Part shown: positions 49,375 through 57,118 of the stretch, piece by piece
Numbering within the stretch: position 1 is the stretch's first letter
Layout: the number at the start of each line of letters is the position of its first letter
Source: Cyanobacteriota bacterium
GTDB lineage: Bacteria; Cyanobacteriota; Vampirovibrionia; Vampirovibrionales; Vampirovibrionaceae
Reading direction: 5' to 3'
Assembly (NCBI GenBank): GCA_019751815.1
Contig: JAIEMW010000005.1
Coordinates: 2,603 to 66,602, forward strand
DNA length: 64,000 bases
Translations under genes and position numbers: made by a program
Notes under the pieces: generated by a model
What the model was told of the DNA's origin: nothing
What the model saw: only the letters and a program-made list of their open reading frames with translations
Database searches by the model: none

Positions 49375-51036
49375 ATGAGCCTTAAAGAACAAGCAGGTCA
49401 ACCCTCTCAAACGCAACACTGGTACGATTACAAACGTGCCAAAGAAGTCGTGGACTCTTACAATAAGGGTTCAGGATCGTCCTTGGTTGCAGACGCTTTT
49501 GTCGCCCAAAGTATTCTGCCTGCCGGAACTGGTGGCGAGCGTGATTTCAGCTATATTGCCCCGGAACTCCCTGAGTTTAACGCTGAGAACTGCGTTGGCT
49601 GTATGGACTGTGTTAATAACTGTCCAGACACTGCGATTATTGGTAAAATCGTCTCTAAAGAGCAGTTAGAGTCTGAACTTGCCAATGTCAAAGACGAGTC
49701 ACACCGGACCTATCTGCGCTCCCAGTTTGCTGAAACCGTCAAATATTACGGTCAGTTTGAGAAAAAACGACAAAAAGATGACAGTCTCCCCGAAGGGGCT
49801 ATGTTCGGTATCTTTATTGACCCCACCAAGTGCAAGGGCTGTGCTGAATGTGTGGAAGTTTGCGGCACCCACGACGCGCTGAAGATGATCAAGAAGACCC
49901 CTGAGAATCTGCCGACGTACTTTGAGCTTTTTGGTCTCTACAAGTCATTACCGCAATCCCCTGCAACCCACATCAATAAAGCTGATCCTCGCGATTTGAT
50001 GCTGAAACTCGGCAATTTGGATATGTACAAAGGTGGTGCTGGTTCCTGCATGGGCTGTGGTGAAGCCTCTGTCATCCGACAAATGCTTGCGGCCACTCAT
50101 GAAAAAGTGGGTGATCGCTTTGGTATTGTTGCCTCCACTGGTTGCAATACGGTGTACGGTTCTACATACCCATACAATCCCTACACGGTGCCGTGGACAA
50201 ACTCCTTGTTTGAAAACGGTCCTGTTGTGGCGATGGGCATTCGCGCCTACTGGGATCAAATCGGTCAGGAAGACTGGGTGATTTGGAATATGGGCGGCGA
50301 TGGTGCGATGTTGGATATCGGCTTTCAGTCTCTGTCTCGAATGATCGCCTCTGGTATGAACATTAAGGTTTTGGTGCTGGATACTCAAGTTTATTCCAAC
50401 ACGGGTGGACAGCAGTCAACCGCTTCTTACACCGGCCAAGAGTCCAAAATGGGCGCTCACGGTAAATCTCACCAAGGTAAGGGAGAGCGCCGCAAAGAGC
50501 TGGGCCAGATTCTGATTATGCACCCACACGTCTTTGTGGCACAAACCATTGGGGCCAACACATCCCACTTCTATAAAGCGGTTAACCGGGCTTTGGACTA
50601 CAAAGGACCTGCCGTGATCAATGTCTTCACCACCTGCCAACCTGAACACGGTGTGGCTGATAATATGGCGGCACACCAGGCAAGACTGGCTGTGCAGTCC
50701 CGAGCCTTCCCTATCTTTATCTACGATCCCGATGCCGGTTACAACATCAAAACCCGACTCTCCCTGATGGGTAACCCCAATCTCGACAGAGACTGGGCAA
50801 CCCGCCGCGGCGAAGATGGTCAAGATGAGACGGTCACCTTCCATAACTGGGCTCATACCGAAGGCCGTTTCAAAAAGCACTACGATAAAAACGGTCAGCC
50901 CACCACAGAAGTGATCAAGCAAGCGGCGCTGGACCGTCTTGAGAACTGGCGCTTACTGCAAGAGCTTGCCGGCATTGACAATAAAGACTTTCTTCAAGAA
51001 ATTGAAGCCAAGAAACAACAAGCGACAGTATCCTGA
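49375..51036 (+). CDS. Pyruvate/2-oxoacid:ferredoxin oxidoreductase, C-terminal part (2x[4Fe-4S] delta-like plus TPP-binding beta-like domains)
   Basis: Two ferredoxin motifs (CVGCMDCVNNCPD, CKGCAECVEVCG) and the TPP motif GGDGAMLDIG...NTGGQ. Confidence 0.9.
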   Translation: MSLKEQAGQPSQTQHWYDYKRAKEVVDSYNKGSGSSLVADAFVAQSILPAGTGGERDFSYIAPELPEFNAENCVGCMDCVNNCPDTAIIGKIVSKEQLESELANVKDESHRTYLRSQFAETVKYYGQFEKKRQKDDSLPEGAMFGIFIDPTKCKGCAECVEVCGTHDALKMIKKTPENLPTYFELFGLYKSLPQSPATHINKADPRDLMLKLGNLDMYKGGAGSCMGCGEASVIRQMLAATHEKVGDRFGIVASTGCNTVYGSTYPYNPYTVPWTNSLFENGPVVAMGIRAYWDQIGQEDWVIWNMGGDGAMLDIGFQSLSRMIASGMNIKVLVLDTQVYSNTGGQQSTASYTGQESKMGAHGKSHQGKGERRKELGQILIMHPHVFVAQTIGANTSHFYKAVNRALDYKGPAVINVFTTCQPEHGVADNMAAHQARLAVQSRAFPIFIYDPDAGYNIKTRLSLMGNPNLDRDWATRRGEDGQDETVTFHNWAHTEGRFKKHYDKNGQPTTEVIKQAALDRLENWRLLQELAGIDNKDFLQEIEAKKQQATVS

Positions 51037-51947
51037 TGACAACCGAACAATCAAACTTGCGCGAAACCCTGCTTGAACTGCTGAAGCAGGATCTCAGCGC
51101 GCCCCGCGAGTTAAGCGCGCAAGTGATGCACGTGATCGTGGATCAATTTGGGTTCGCTGAAGAGTCATTGGCCGCGTTTTTTGCAGAGAAAGCGTCCACT
51201 CTCGAAGACTTCGAGCTGGATCTCATTTTCTCTCCCTTGTTTACACCCAGTACGGCAGACCGTGAGCGGTATGTGCGTGTTCTGGGACCGGACTGTTTGC
51301 AAGCAACAGATTTGCATCATCTTTCAGAAGCACTGGTTTCACTGGGTGAAGAGGGGAATCTGCAAGCGCAACTCGCCTTGTCACTGTCCGCTGGGCCCGT
51401 GTTCTCAATGCCTCTCAAGGATGTGATGATCGATCGGTATCTTCACCGGCTGGCGCTGGATAAGACATTGCCTGCGGAAGTTTTCGCTGTGATTGCTGAT
51501 CCTGCTACGGCTCTTCAAGAGCCGGATAAGGCAGCATTAAACGTCCTTGGGCGAGAAACGGTATGGCAGACCCGTGAACGATACACGCTGTTAATTGCGA
51601 TGATTCAGGTATCACTGGCGCGAAATACATTTTCTATTGATAGGCTGAGATATTTGACTGATTTTATGCGGACTTACCGTCCGGCCAGTGCATTTGATTT
51701 GCCTAAGCAGCTTGAAAGCCTGATTCGCTCCTGCGAATCGGACTTGGAAAATATCCGAAACCGACGCTACCACGATCCTCACCTGCGGGAATTATATGAA
51801 ACCTCTGACACAGCAACTGTGAACACAGAGGCTGAGCGGATCACCCGAAATTACGAGAGCATGATGGCCCATGCCGAAGCGCTCTTGGAAGACTATTCCT
51901 ATTTGCCCCAACATGTTCCAGACTTTGTCAAAACAGTGCAAGTCTAG
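51036..51947 (+). CDS. Hypothetical protein translationally coupled to the PFOR genes (303 aa)
   Basis: The ATG overlaps the PFOR stop (TGATG). Helical and Leu/Glu/Ala-rich. No motif recognised. Confidence 0.6.
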   Translation: MTTEQSNLRETLLELLKQDLSAPRELSAQVMHVIVDQFGFAEESLAAFFAEKASTLEDFELDLIFSPLFTPSTADRERYVRVLGPDCLQATDLHHLSEALVSLGEEGNLQAQLALSLSAGPVFSMPLKDVMIDRYLHRLALDKTLPAEVFAVIADPATALQEPDKAALNVLGRETVWQTRERYTLLIAMIQVSLARNTFSIDRLRYLTDFMRTYRPASAFDLPKQLESLIRSCESDLENIRNRRYHDPHLRELYETSDTATVNTEAERITRNYESMMAHAEALLEDYSYLPQHVPDFVKTVQV

Positions 51948-52387
51948 TTTCCACTTTTTGGCGCTGTTGGCGCGGGGTGTGTGGTCACCGTCACCCGGCC
52001 GTCGGGCTCGATCGTAATATCTGCATCTGGATGCATCGCAAGCACGTTGTTGATTAAGCGTTCATTGGCCTGGGCCTTGGCTTTCTCGTGCACTGCTTGG
52101 CCTTGTTGGTAGGCATTAATGCCAAAATAGCTACCAAACAGGCCAAAAATACTGACAATCAGTGCAGAAAAGGTCATGGCTTCTGGCCAGGCGCGACGGT
52201 TTCGTTTGCGCAAGGCGAGCAGTTCTTGACGGTCTTCTTCTGCCAGCGCGGTAAGTACCAGGGTTTTGGCCGGCTTCACATCTTGGTTGCCAAAGGCGGG
52301 CCCCGCACTCAATCGCCGTTTGGATTCTTGTTTGGGTTGCTCCCCAAAGGCGCGGTATAAAGGTACCCGTTGTTGCTGTATTTTCAT
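51944..52387 (-). CDS. Hypothetical single-pass membrane protein (147 aa)
   Basis: I moved the start to ATG 52387, which has GAGGGA 7 nt upstream. One TM helix (FSALIVSIFGLFGSYFGI). Convergent with the 303-aa ORF, overlapping it by 4 nt. Confidence 0.5.
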   Translation of the reverse strand: MKIQQQRVPLYRAFGEQPKQESKRRLSAGPAFGNQDVKPAKTLVLTALAEEDRQELLALRKRNRRAWPEAMTFSALIVSIFGLFGSYFGINAYQQGQAVHEKAKAQANERLINNVLAMHPDADITIEPDGRVTVTTHPAPTAPKSGN

Positions 52388-52475
52388 CGTTTTTTCCCTC
52401 ATTTCCCTTTGGGAACTTAAGCATACTGTGAAATAAAGATAAAAACAATAAACTGTAACTCGCTGTGACACCCAG

Positions 52476-52489
52476 ATTATCGCGATAAT
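52476..52489. promoter_or_regulatory. Perfect 14-bp palindrome ATTATCGCGATAAT (candidate operator)
   Basis: Read directly from the sequence. It lies about 90 nt upstream of the 147-aa gene start (52387) and downstream of the terminator of the 4xGntR gene. Confidence 0.3.
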
Positions 52490-52541
52490 AAATGAAGAAG
52501 ACAGCCGCTGATGACAGAGGAAAACAAACAAGACACAAATG

Positions 52542-52577
52542 AAAAACCACCGGCTGAGAGAAGCGCGGTGGTTTTTT
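52542..52577. terminator. Bidirectional rho-independent terminator
   Basis: Stem CCACCG/CGGTGG (extendable), flanked by AAAAA on one side and TTTTTT on the other. It lies just downstream of the 4xGntR gene stop. Confidence 0.6.
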
Positions 52578-52604
52578 GTGAACCTGTTTGTCTGTCAGAA
52601 AAGT

Positions 52605-53912
52605 CTAGTGAGTGACTTTGCTCTGACGGTAGGATTTAATCGTTTCTGGGTTGATGGACACCCAGGTGAATGTTGCCGCTTCTTCACTCACTTCAGGCAT
52701 TTCGGTGACAAATGTGCCGCCGTAACGACCTCGAGTAAAGGAAACCACGTTTTCTTTGGCCAAATTCTGCAGCGCCTTGCGGATGGTGTTGCTGCTGACG
52801 TCCAGTTCTTTGGCCAGTTGGCCCATGGACGGCAGTTTCGCGCCCACGTCAAAACGGCTTTGAATCAGTTGTTTCAGATGCTGTTCCACTTTCTCATAGT
52901 TGTAGAAGGTGGCATCATCCACAGAAACAAAGATGTTTTGACCCAGCGTGGTGGCTGAGAAGAAGTTGGTGTCGGGTTTGCGCAGAATAAACGTCCCGTA
53001 ACGACCACGTTTGGAGGAGATAACCCCCTGATCGGCCAGGCGCTTCATCGCATCATGAACGGTCTTGATGCTGACCTTAAAGCACTCAGCGAGTTCTAAG
53101 TGAGACGGTAATTTATCATGGACGGCATACTCATCAGCAATCAAGGTCTTAAGGTCACGCTCCAACTGATCGATCAGTGTTTCAGACTCGATGGCGCAAG
53201 CACTTTCCTGCACAGCGTCTGGAATCACCTTCAATTCCCAGTTGGCTTTGTTGCCTCGGGTACCACGGCTAATCAGTATGCCATCTGTGGTCAGATATTC
53301 AAGAGCCAATCGAGTCGTGTTGGGCGCAGAGCCAATTTGCGATGCAATTTCACGAGCTGATGGCAATGTTTCGCCGGGTTGAATGGACTGTTCAATAATC
53401 AATTGTTGAATGGCCACGACAGCACGGTCTCGTTTGGAAGTTTGTTTGCGCATCCGGTGGGTGTCATTGCGGACATCACGAATCAGTGTGCCGATGCGCT
53501 GTTTGGATTCCACACAGCCTTCATCTTCCACGCTGCGGATGGCATTTTGGACAGTGCCCACGCTGACACCGAGATGTTTGGCGATATCTTCTTTGCGCGG
53601 AAGCAAGTGGTTTTCAGTCACCTTTCCTGCCTCAAGCGCATCCATAATATAGCTTTTCAGCCAGTCAGTCACCAGGTGATCTTTGGTAGAGCCCGGTGCC
53701 TTAAAGTCGGGAATCTCTTTTGGCAGCTCAGACACGCTGATGCGAACCAGTGAGGCCTTACTCACGTTTTCGAGCGCAGAATAGTCGGTGCTTAACGGTT
53801 CTTTTTTTGCAGTAACGTGCTGTTTGAGCGCGGCAGAAACCAGTGAACCGCCCTTAAGCACAGCTTCCTTCTTGTCTGAAGCCTGTTTGTGATCGCGATG
53901 AGATAAAGCCAT
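52605..53912 (-). CDS. Protein with four tandem GntR-type winged-helix HTH domains and no effector domain
   Basis: Four collinear GntR-like units: LLPRKEDIAKHLGVSVGTVQNAIRSVEDEGCVESKQRIGTLI; TLPSAREIASQIGSAPNTTRLALEYLTTDGILISRGTRGN; KLPSHLELAECFKVSIKTVHDAMKRLADQGVISSKRGRYGTFI; KLPSMGQLAKELDVSSNTIRKALQNLAKENVVSFTRGRYGGTFV. I moved the start to ATG 53912, which has GGGAGGA about 12 nt upstream. The track start is 53984. Confidence 0.75.
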   Translation of the reverse strand: MALSHRDHKQASDKKEAVLKGGSLVSAALKQHVTAKKEPLSTDYSALENVSKASLVRISVSELPKEIPDFKAPGSTKDHLVTDWLKSYIMDALEAGKVTENHLLPRKEDIAKHLGVSVGTVQNAIRSVEDEGCVESKQRIGTLIRDVRNDTHRMRKQTSKRDRAVVAIQQLIIEQSIQPGETLPSAREIASQIGSAPNTTRLALEYLTTDGILISRGTRGNKANWELKVIPDAVQESACAIESETLIDQLERDLKTLIADEYAVHDKLPSHLELAECFKVSIKTVHDAMKRLADQGVISSKRGRYGTFILRKPDTNFFSATTLGQNIFVSVDDATFYNYEKVEQHLKQLIQSRFDVGAKLPSMGQLAKELDVSSNTIRKALQNLAKENVVSFTRGRYGGTFVTEMPEVSEEAATFTWVSINPETIKSYRQSKVTH

Positions 53913-54388
53913 AGGTGCCAAATGTCCTCCCAGAGTCAATGCTTGATATGCCCCATGTGACGCATGTTTATTTCTTGTAAGCATAAAAACAAACGTATTG
54001 CTTTTGTTGCTATTTGAAGATAAACCTGAATGATTTGTTTACAACAACCACCATGGATTCTCCGGGGTTCAATAAGTGTTGTGTGGCTTTCTGAGATGAG
54101 GGTGTGATTCAGTCCACGCGGGCTCATCGAGATTCAGAAGGTCGGTGTGGTGAAAGGGGAGTTGAACCGTCGGTTAGTAGAAACCATCAGCACGGGGGAA
54201 AGTCATTAGATTCAAGCGTGAAGGCTCAGTCTCTGGTTTGAGCTTACGGGTGAACCTAACTAAAGAAAGCTAGTTTAAAAAAAACATCCGAAATTTGCAA
54301 CTGGTTTTTTAAGTTTTACATATAAATAGAATCATCATGCTAAAGGTGCTTCATGTATAAGAACATGAAAACATAAGAACTTGAATGC

Positions 54389-54425
54389 AAAAAAGAGCCC
54401 CAGCCAGGTGTTGAGCTGACTGGGG
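54389..54425 (-). terminator. Rho-independent terminator of the 191-aa EF-hand gene
   Basis: Minus strand reads CCCCAGtCAG-loop-CTGgCTGGGG followed by CTCTTTTTT. Confidence 0.55.
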
Positions 54426-54487
54426 AGAGGTAAGCACTTATATATTGGGTATACGAGAGTTGTTGGTTTTAGGCGACTAACTGTTTT

Positions 54488-55063
54488 TTAGGCGGCAACA
54501 TCGGTTGCGATGTAGTCTGCGGCATCGTTGCTAGCGCTACTGGTTTTTTTGGAATCACTGTCAGTGTCACTGTCGACAGAACTGGTTTTGTGATTGCCAT
54601 GGTGTTTGTGATGGGTTTTACCAGTAGAACCGTCGTCTTTGTAAGAGGCGAGCAGTTGATCCAGGTATTTTTGCGTGCCTTGACCCGCTCCAATAGAGCC
54701 GAGTCCGCCCGGGCCACCTGGACCACCTGGACCACCCCCGGCAAATCCACTGCTTCCAGGCGGAGGAAAGCCTGGTGGCGGGCCAGAGGGTACATTGATA
54801 CCCAGGGCTTTGGCGCCTGATTTCAACTCAGAGAGGGTCAGTTTACCGTCTTGATCGGCGTCTAACTGCTTAAAGTTCTCAACGGTTTTGTCCAGGTTTT
54901 TATCCTGAACGCCTTTGGACTTTAGGTCATCATTGAGTTTTGAGAGTTGATCCAGTGAAAACCCCTTGTTAGGGTCGAAATCCTGGCTGCTTGGGGGACG
55001 TGGAGGGCTAAATTGGGCCCTTCCAAATCCACCCGCACCCAGGGAGACAGATGAAATAGACAT
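54488..55063 (-). CDS. Gly/Pro/His-rich EF-hand protein (191 aa)
   Basis: EF loop DADQDGKLTLSE. Low-complexity tracts include PPPGFPPPGSSGFAGGGPGGPGGPGG and a His-rich HHKHHGNHK. GAGGAG RBS 8 nt upstream. Terminator at 54389..54425. Confidence 0.6.
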   Translation of the reverse strand: MSISSVSLGAGGFGRAQFSPPRPPSSQDFDPNKGFSLDQLSKLNDDLKSKGVQDKNLDKTVENFKQLDADQDGKLTLSELKSGAKALGINVPSGPPPGFPPPGSSGFAGGGPGGPGGPGGLGSIGAGQGTQKYLDQLLASYKDDGSTGKTHHKHHGNHKTSSVDSDTDSDSKKTSSASNDAADYIATDVAA

Positions 55064-55349
55064 GGGTGTATCTCCTCTAGTTTGGTGTTTGGCAATCTAG
55101 TCTTTTTTATCAATTTATAAATAAAAATTTGTAAAAGACTATTAAGTTAATTTTGGTCTATTATCTTTTTGCCGAAATCATGCAAACTGATGAGATTGAT
55201 AAAAAAATTACTAGACTAAAAAACCAATATAGTCTATTATATAAAACATATAATAGTACAAGAGCCGACAGTGACCTCTTGGCACTGCTTGAGTTTGCTC
55301 GAGATATTTAGAACCCCTTTGGGAAGCATTTTTAAAGGAATCTTGATCT

Positions 55350-56006
55350 ATGGGTCGGAATAAAAAATATGAAAACTCGCACGACGTGATTGTTGAAGTC
55401 GCTGAGCGGCTTTTCTCTCAATACGGTTACGAGCGAACCACGGTGGATGATATCGCCAAGGAAGCACTGCTCGGCAAGGCCAGTGTGTATAAAGAATTCC
55501 AGAGTAAGGATGATATCTGGGTGGCCGTGGTGATTCGCCATGCGCAAGCCACCAATGTGGAGATGAGCCGCCTGGCGACCTTGGCTGATACCAAAAAGAC
55601 CAAAATACTTCCCGTGGTGGCCGATGTACTGATGGTGCAATTGCTGCGGATTTTTGATCATGTGATGCAGCATGTGCACGGCAGTCAAATTGTGGCCGGG
55701 CAAGGGTTGGGAACATTACCGCCTCCGATCCCGCCGCCCAATCCCAAAACCATGCAGAAGATTTTGCCATATATGCAGGAAGCAGACCGTATTATTACTG
55801 GTTTGTTAAAAAAAGCGGCTGAAAATGGGGAAATACCTTTATCTTCAGATTGTGAGCAGCTCACTATGTTTTTAAGAAGAGGGCTGGCAGGCTATCTCCC
55901 GCCTCATATTATGCATTTCCCAAAGTCTCGTGAATTGTTTGAGGCTGAAGCCCGGCAAATGATTGATATTTTGCTGACTGGAATTAAAGAGCAAGGCGCT
56001 GAATAA
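55350..56006 (+). CDS. TetR/AcrR-family transcriptional regulator
   Basis: N-terminal TetR HTH: ERLFSQYGYERTTVDDIAKEALLGKASVYKEFQSKDDI. Confidence 0.85.
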   Translation: MGRNKKYENSHDVIVEVAERLFSQYGYERTTVDDIAKEALLGKASVYKEFQSKDDIWVAVVIRHAQATNVEMSRLATLADTKKTKILPVVADVLMVQLLRIFDHVMQHVHGSQIVAGQGLGTLPPPIPPPNPKTMQKILPYMQEADRIITGLLKKAAENGEIPLSSDCEQLTMFLRRGLAGYLPPHIMHFPKSRELFEAEARQMIDILLTGIKEQGAE

Positions 56007-56057
56007 GCCCCCAAATTGCTGCCTGCTAAAACGTGTGTGTGCCCTAAGCGAAAAGAA

Positions 56058-56090
56058 AACAGCCTAGAAGAATGACGCTTCTAGGCTGTT
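56058..56090. terminator. Perfect 13-bp hairpin between convergent TetR and EF-hand genes
   Basis: AACAGCCTAGAAG-aatgacg-CTTCTAGGCTGTT. A T-rich tract (GTTTTCTTTT) follows on the minus strand only. Confidence 0.5.
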
Positions 56091-56156
56091 ACTCGACTCA
56101 TAAAGTGTTTCTACGATTTAAACTGTGAGTGTGATGAGTCTGACTGGCTGGGGCAA

Positions 56157-56837
56157 TTATCCGCCCCAATAGGCATTGCCTTGATTGCCTTGTTGCTGGC
56201 TGAGCAGTTGGCTCAATTGATTCAACAAGAACATAGGCGGGGGCGGCGGGAAGCCGTTGCCGTCAAATCCGTTTTGGCCTTGAAGACCTGGAGGAGGTGG
56301 GGCATTTTGAAGCTCATCGCGGTTTATCGATCCGTCGCCATTGGCATCCAGTCTGCTGAAGATTTGGCCTTTTTGATCATCACTGAGTGTTCGACCATCG
56401 GGAGTGGGTGGGTTATTGGCCAAAAATTCATCTTTGGAAATGACCCCGTCACCGTTGGTATCTACTTTTTTCAGAATTTGATCCGGGTTGGGTCTGTGGT
56501 GGTGGTGCCGGTGTCCGTTGACGCCTTGCCCTTGACCCCAGCCTTGGCCAAAGCCAGGACCGCAATCTTGGTAGCCGCCGCCAAACATAGAATTGAGCCC
56601 GGAATTGAGCCCGCCGAAGCCTTGGCCGAATCCGCCCATTTGGCCTTGTTGTCCGCCCAAAAAAGGAGGGGGGGGAAAGGGAGGAAAACCGCCTTGGCCG
56701 AAGCTGCCTTGACCGTAGCCACCGATGTTATTTCCGTAGCCGTTATTCCCGTTCTGGCTGGACTGAAGCCCTTGGAGTAATTGCATCAGCATATAAGGGT
56801 TTAAGCCACCACCGGAGGAAAGTCCGTTGATTGACAT
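56157..56837 (-). CDS. Gly/Gln/Pro/His-rich protein with two EF-hands (226 aa)
   Basis: EF loops DTNGDGVISKDE and DANGDGSINRDE, GGFGQG-type repeats and the His run HRHHHHR. I moved the start to ATG 56837, which has GGAGA 10 nt upstream. The track start at 56888 is TTG. Confidence 0.6.
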   Translation of the reverse strand: MSINGLSSGGGLNPYMLMQLLQGLQSSQNGNNGYGNNIGGYGQGSFGQGGFPPFPPPPFLGGQQGQMGGFGQGFGGLNSGLNSMFGGGYQDCGPGFGQGWGQGQGVNGHRHHHHRPNPDQILKKVDTNGDGVISKDEFLANNPPTPDGRTLSDDQKGQIFSRLDANGDGSINRDELQNAPPPPGLQGQNGFDGNGFPPPPPMFLLNQLSQLLSQQQGNQGNAYWGG

Positions 56838-57118
56838 AATCGTTACGTCTCCACGTTTTACTGCTAACTCTCTCAAGTCATACAGCAAGGGGGGAGGAAG
56901 TTGGATTCACTTGAGTGACGCTGTACAACTCTTAAGATAATAAAAACAAATAAAAGAATAAAATTGCCTTTTCGTCTATAAATATATTTTTGTAAACACG
57001 AGATAATAGACTGAAGTATTTTGCTATTCTGAAATCCTGGCACACGCTGCCTTTAGACAAGTCTATAAAAGAATTGCCTTTAAAACACAGTGAGAGGGGT
57101 GTTTTTAGAGTAACGTGG

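Noticed and set aside
53936-54127. 63-aa minus-strand ORF upstream of the 4xGntR gene
   Set aside because: It overlaps the track's extended start of the GntR ORF. It has no RBS, and its composition gives no support for coding.
56181-56780. 199-aa plus-strand ORF opposite the Gly-rich EF-hand gene
   Set aside because: The low-complexity DNA is open in both strands. I chose the minus frame because it contains two canonical 12-residue EF loops, a GGAGA RBS before ATG 56837 and a downstream hairpin. The plus frame has none of these. Some residual doubt is noted in the findings.
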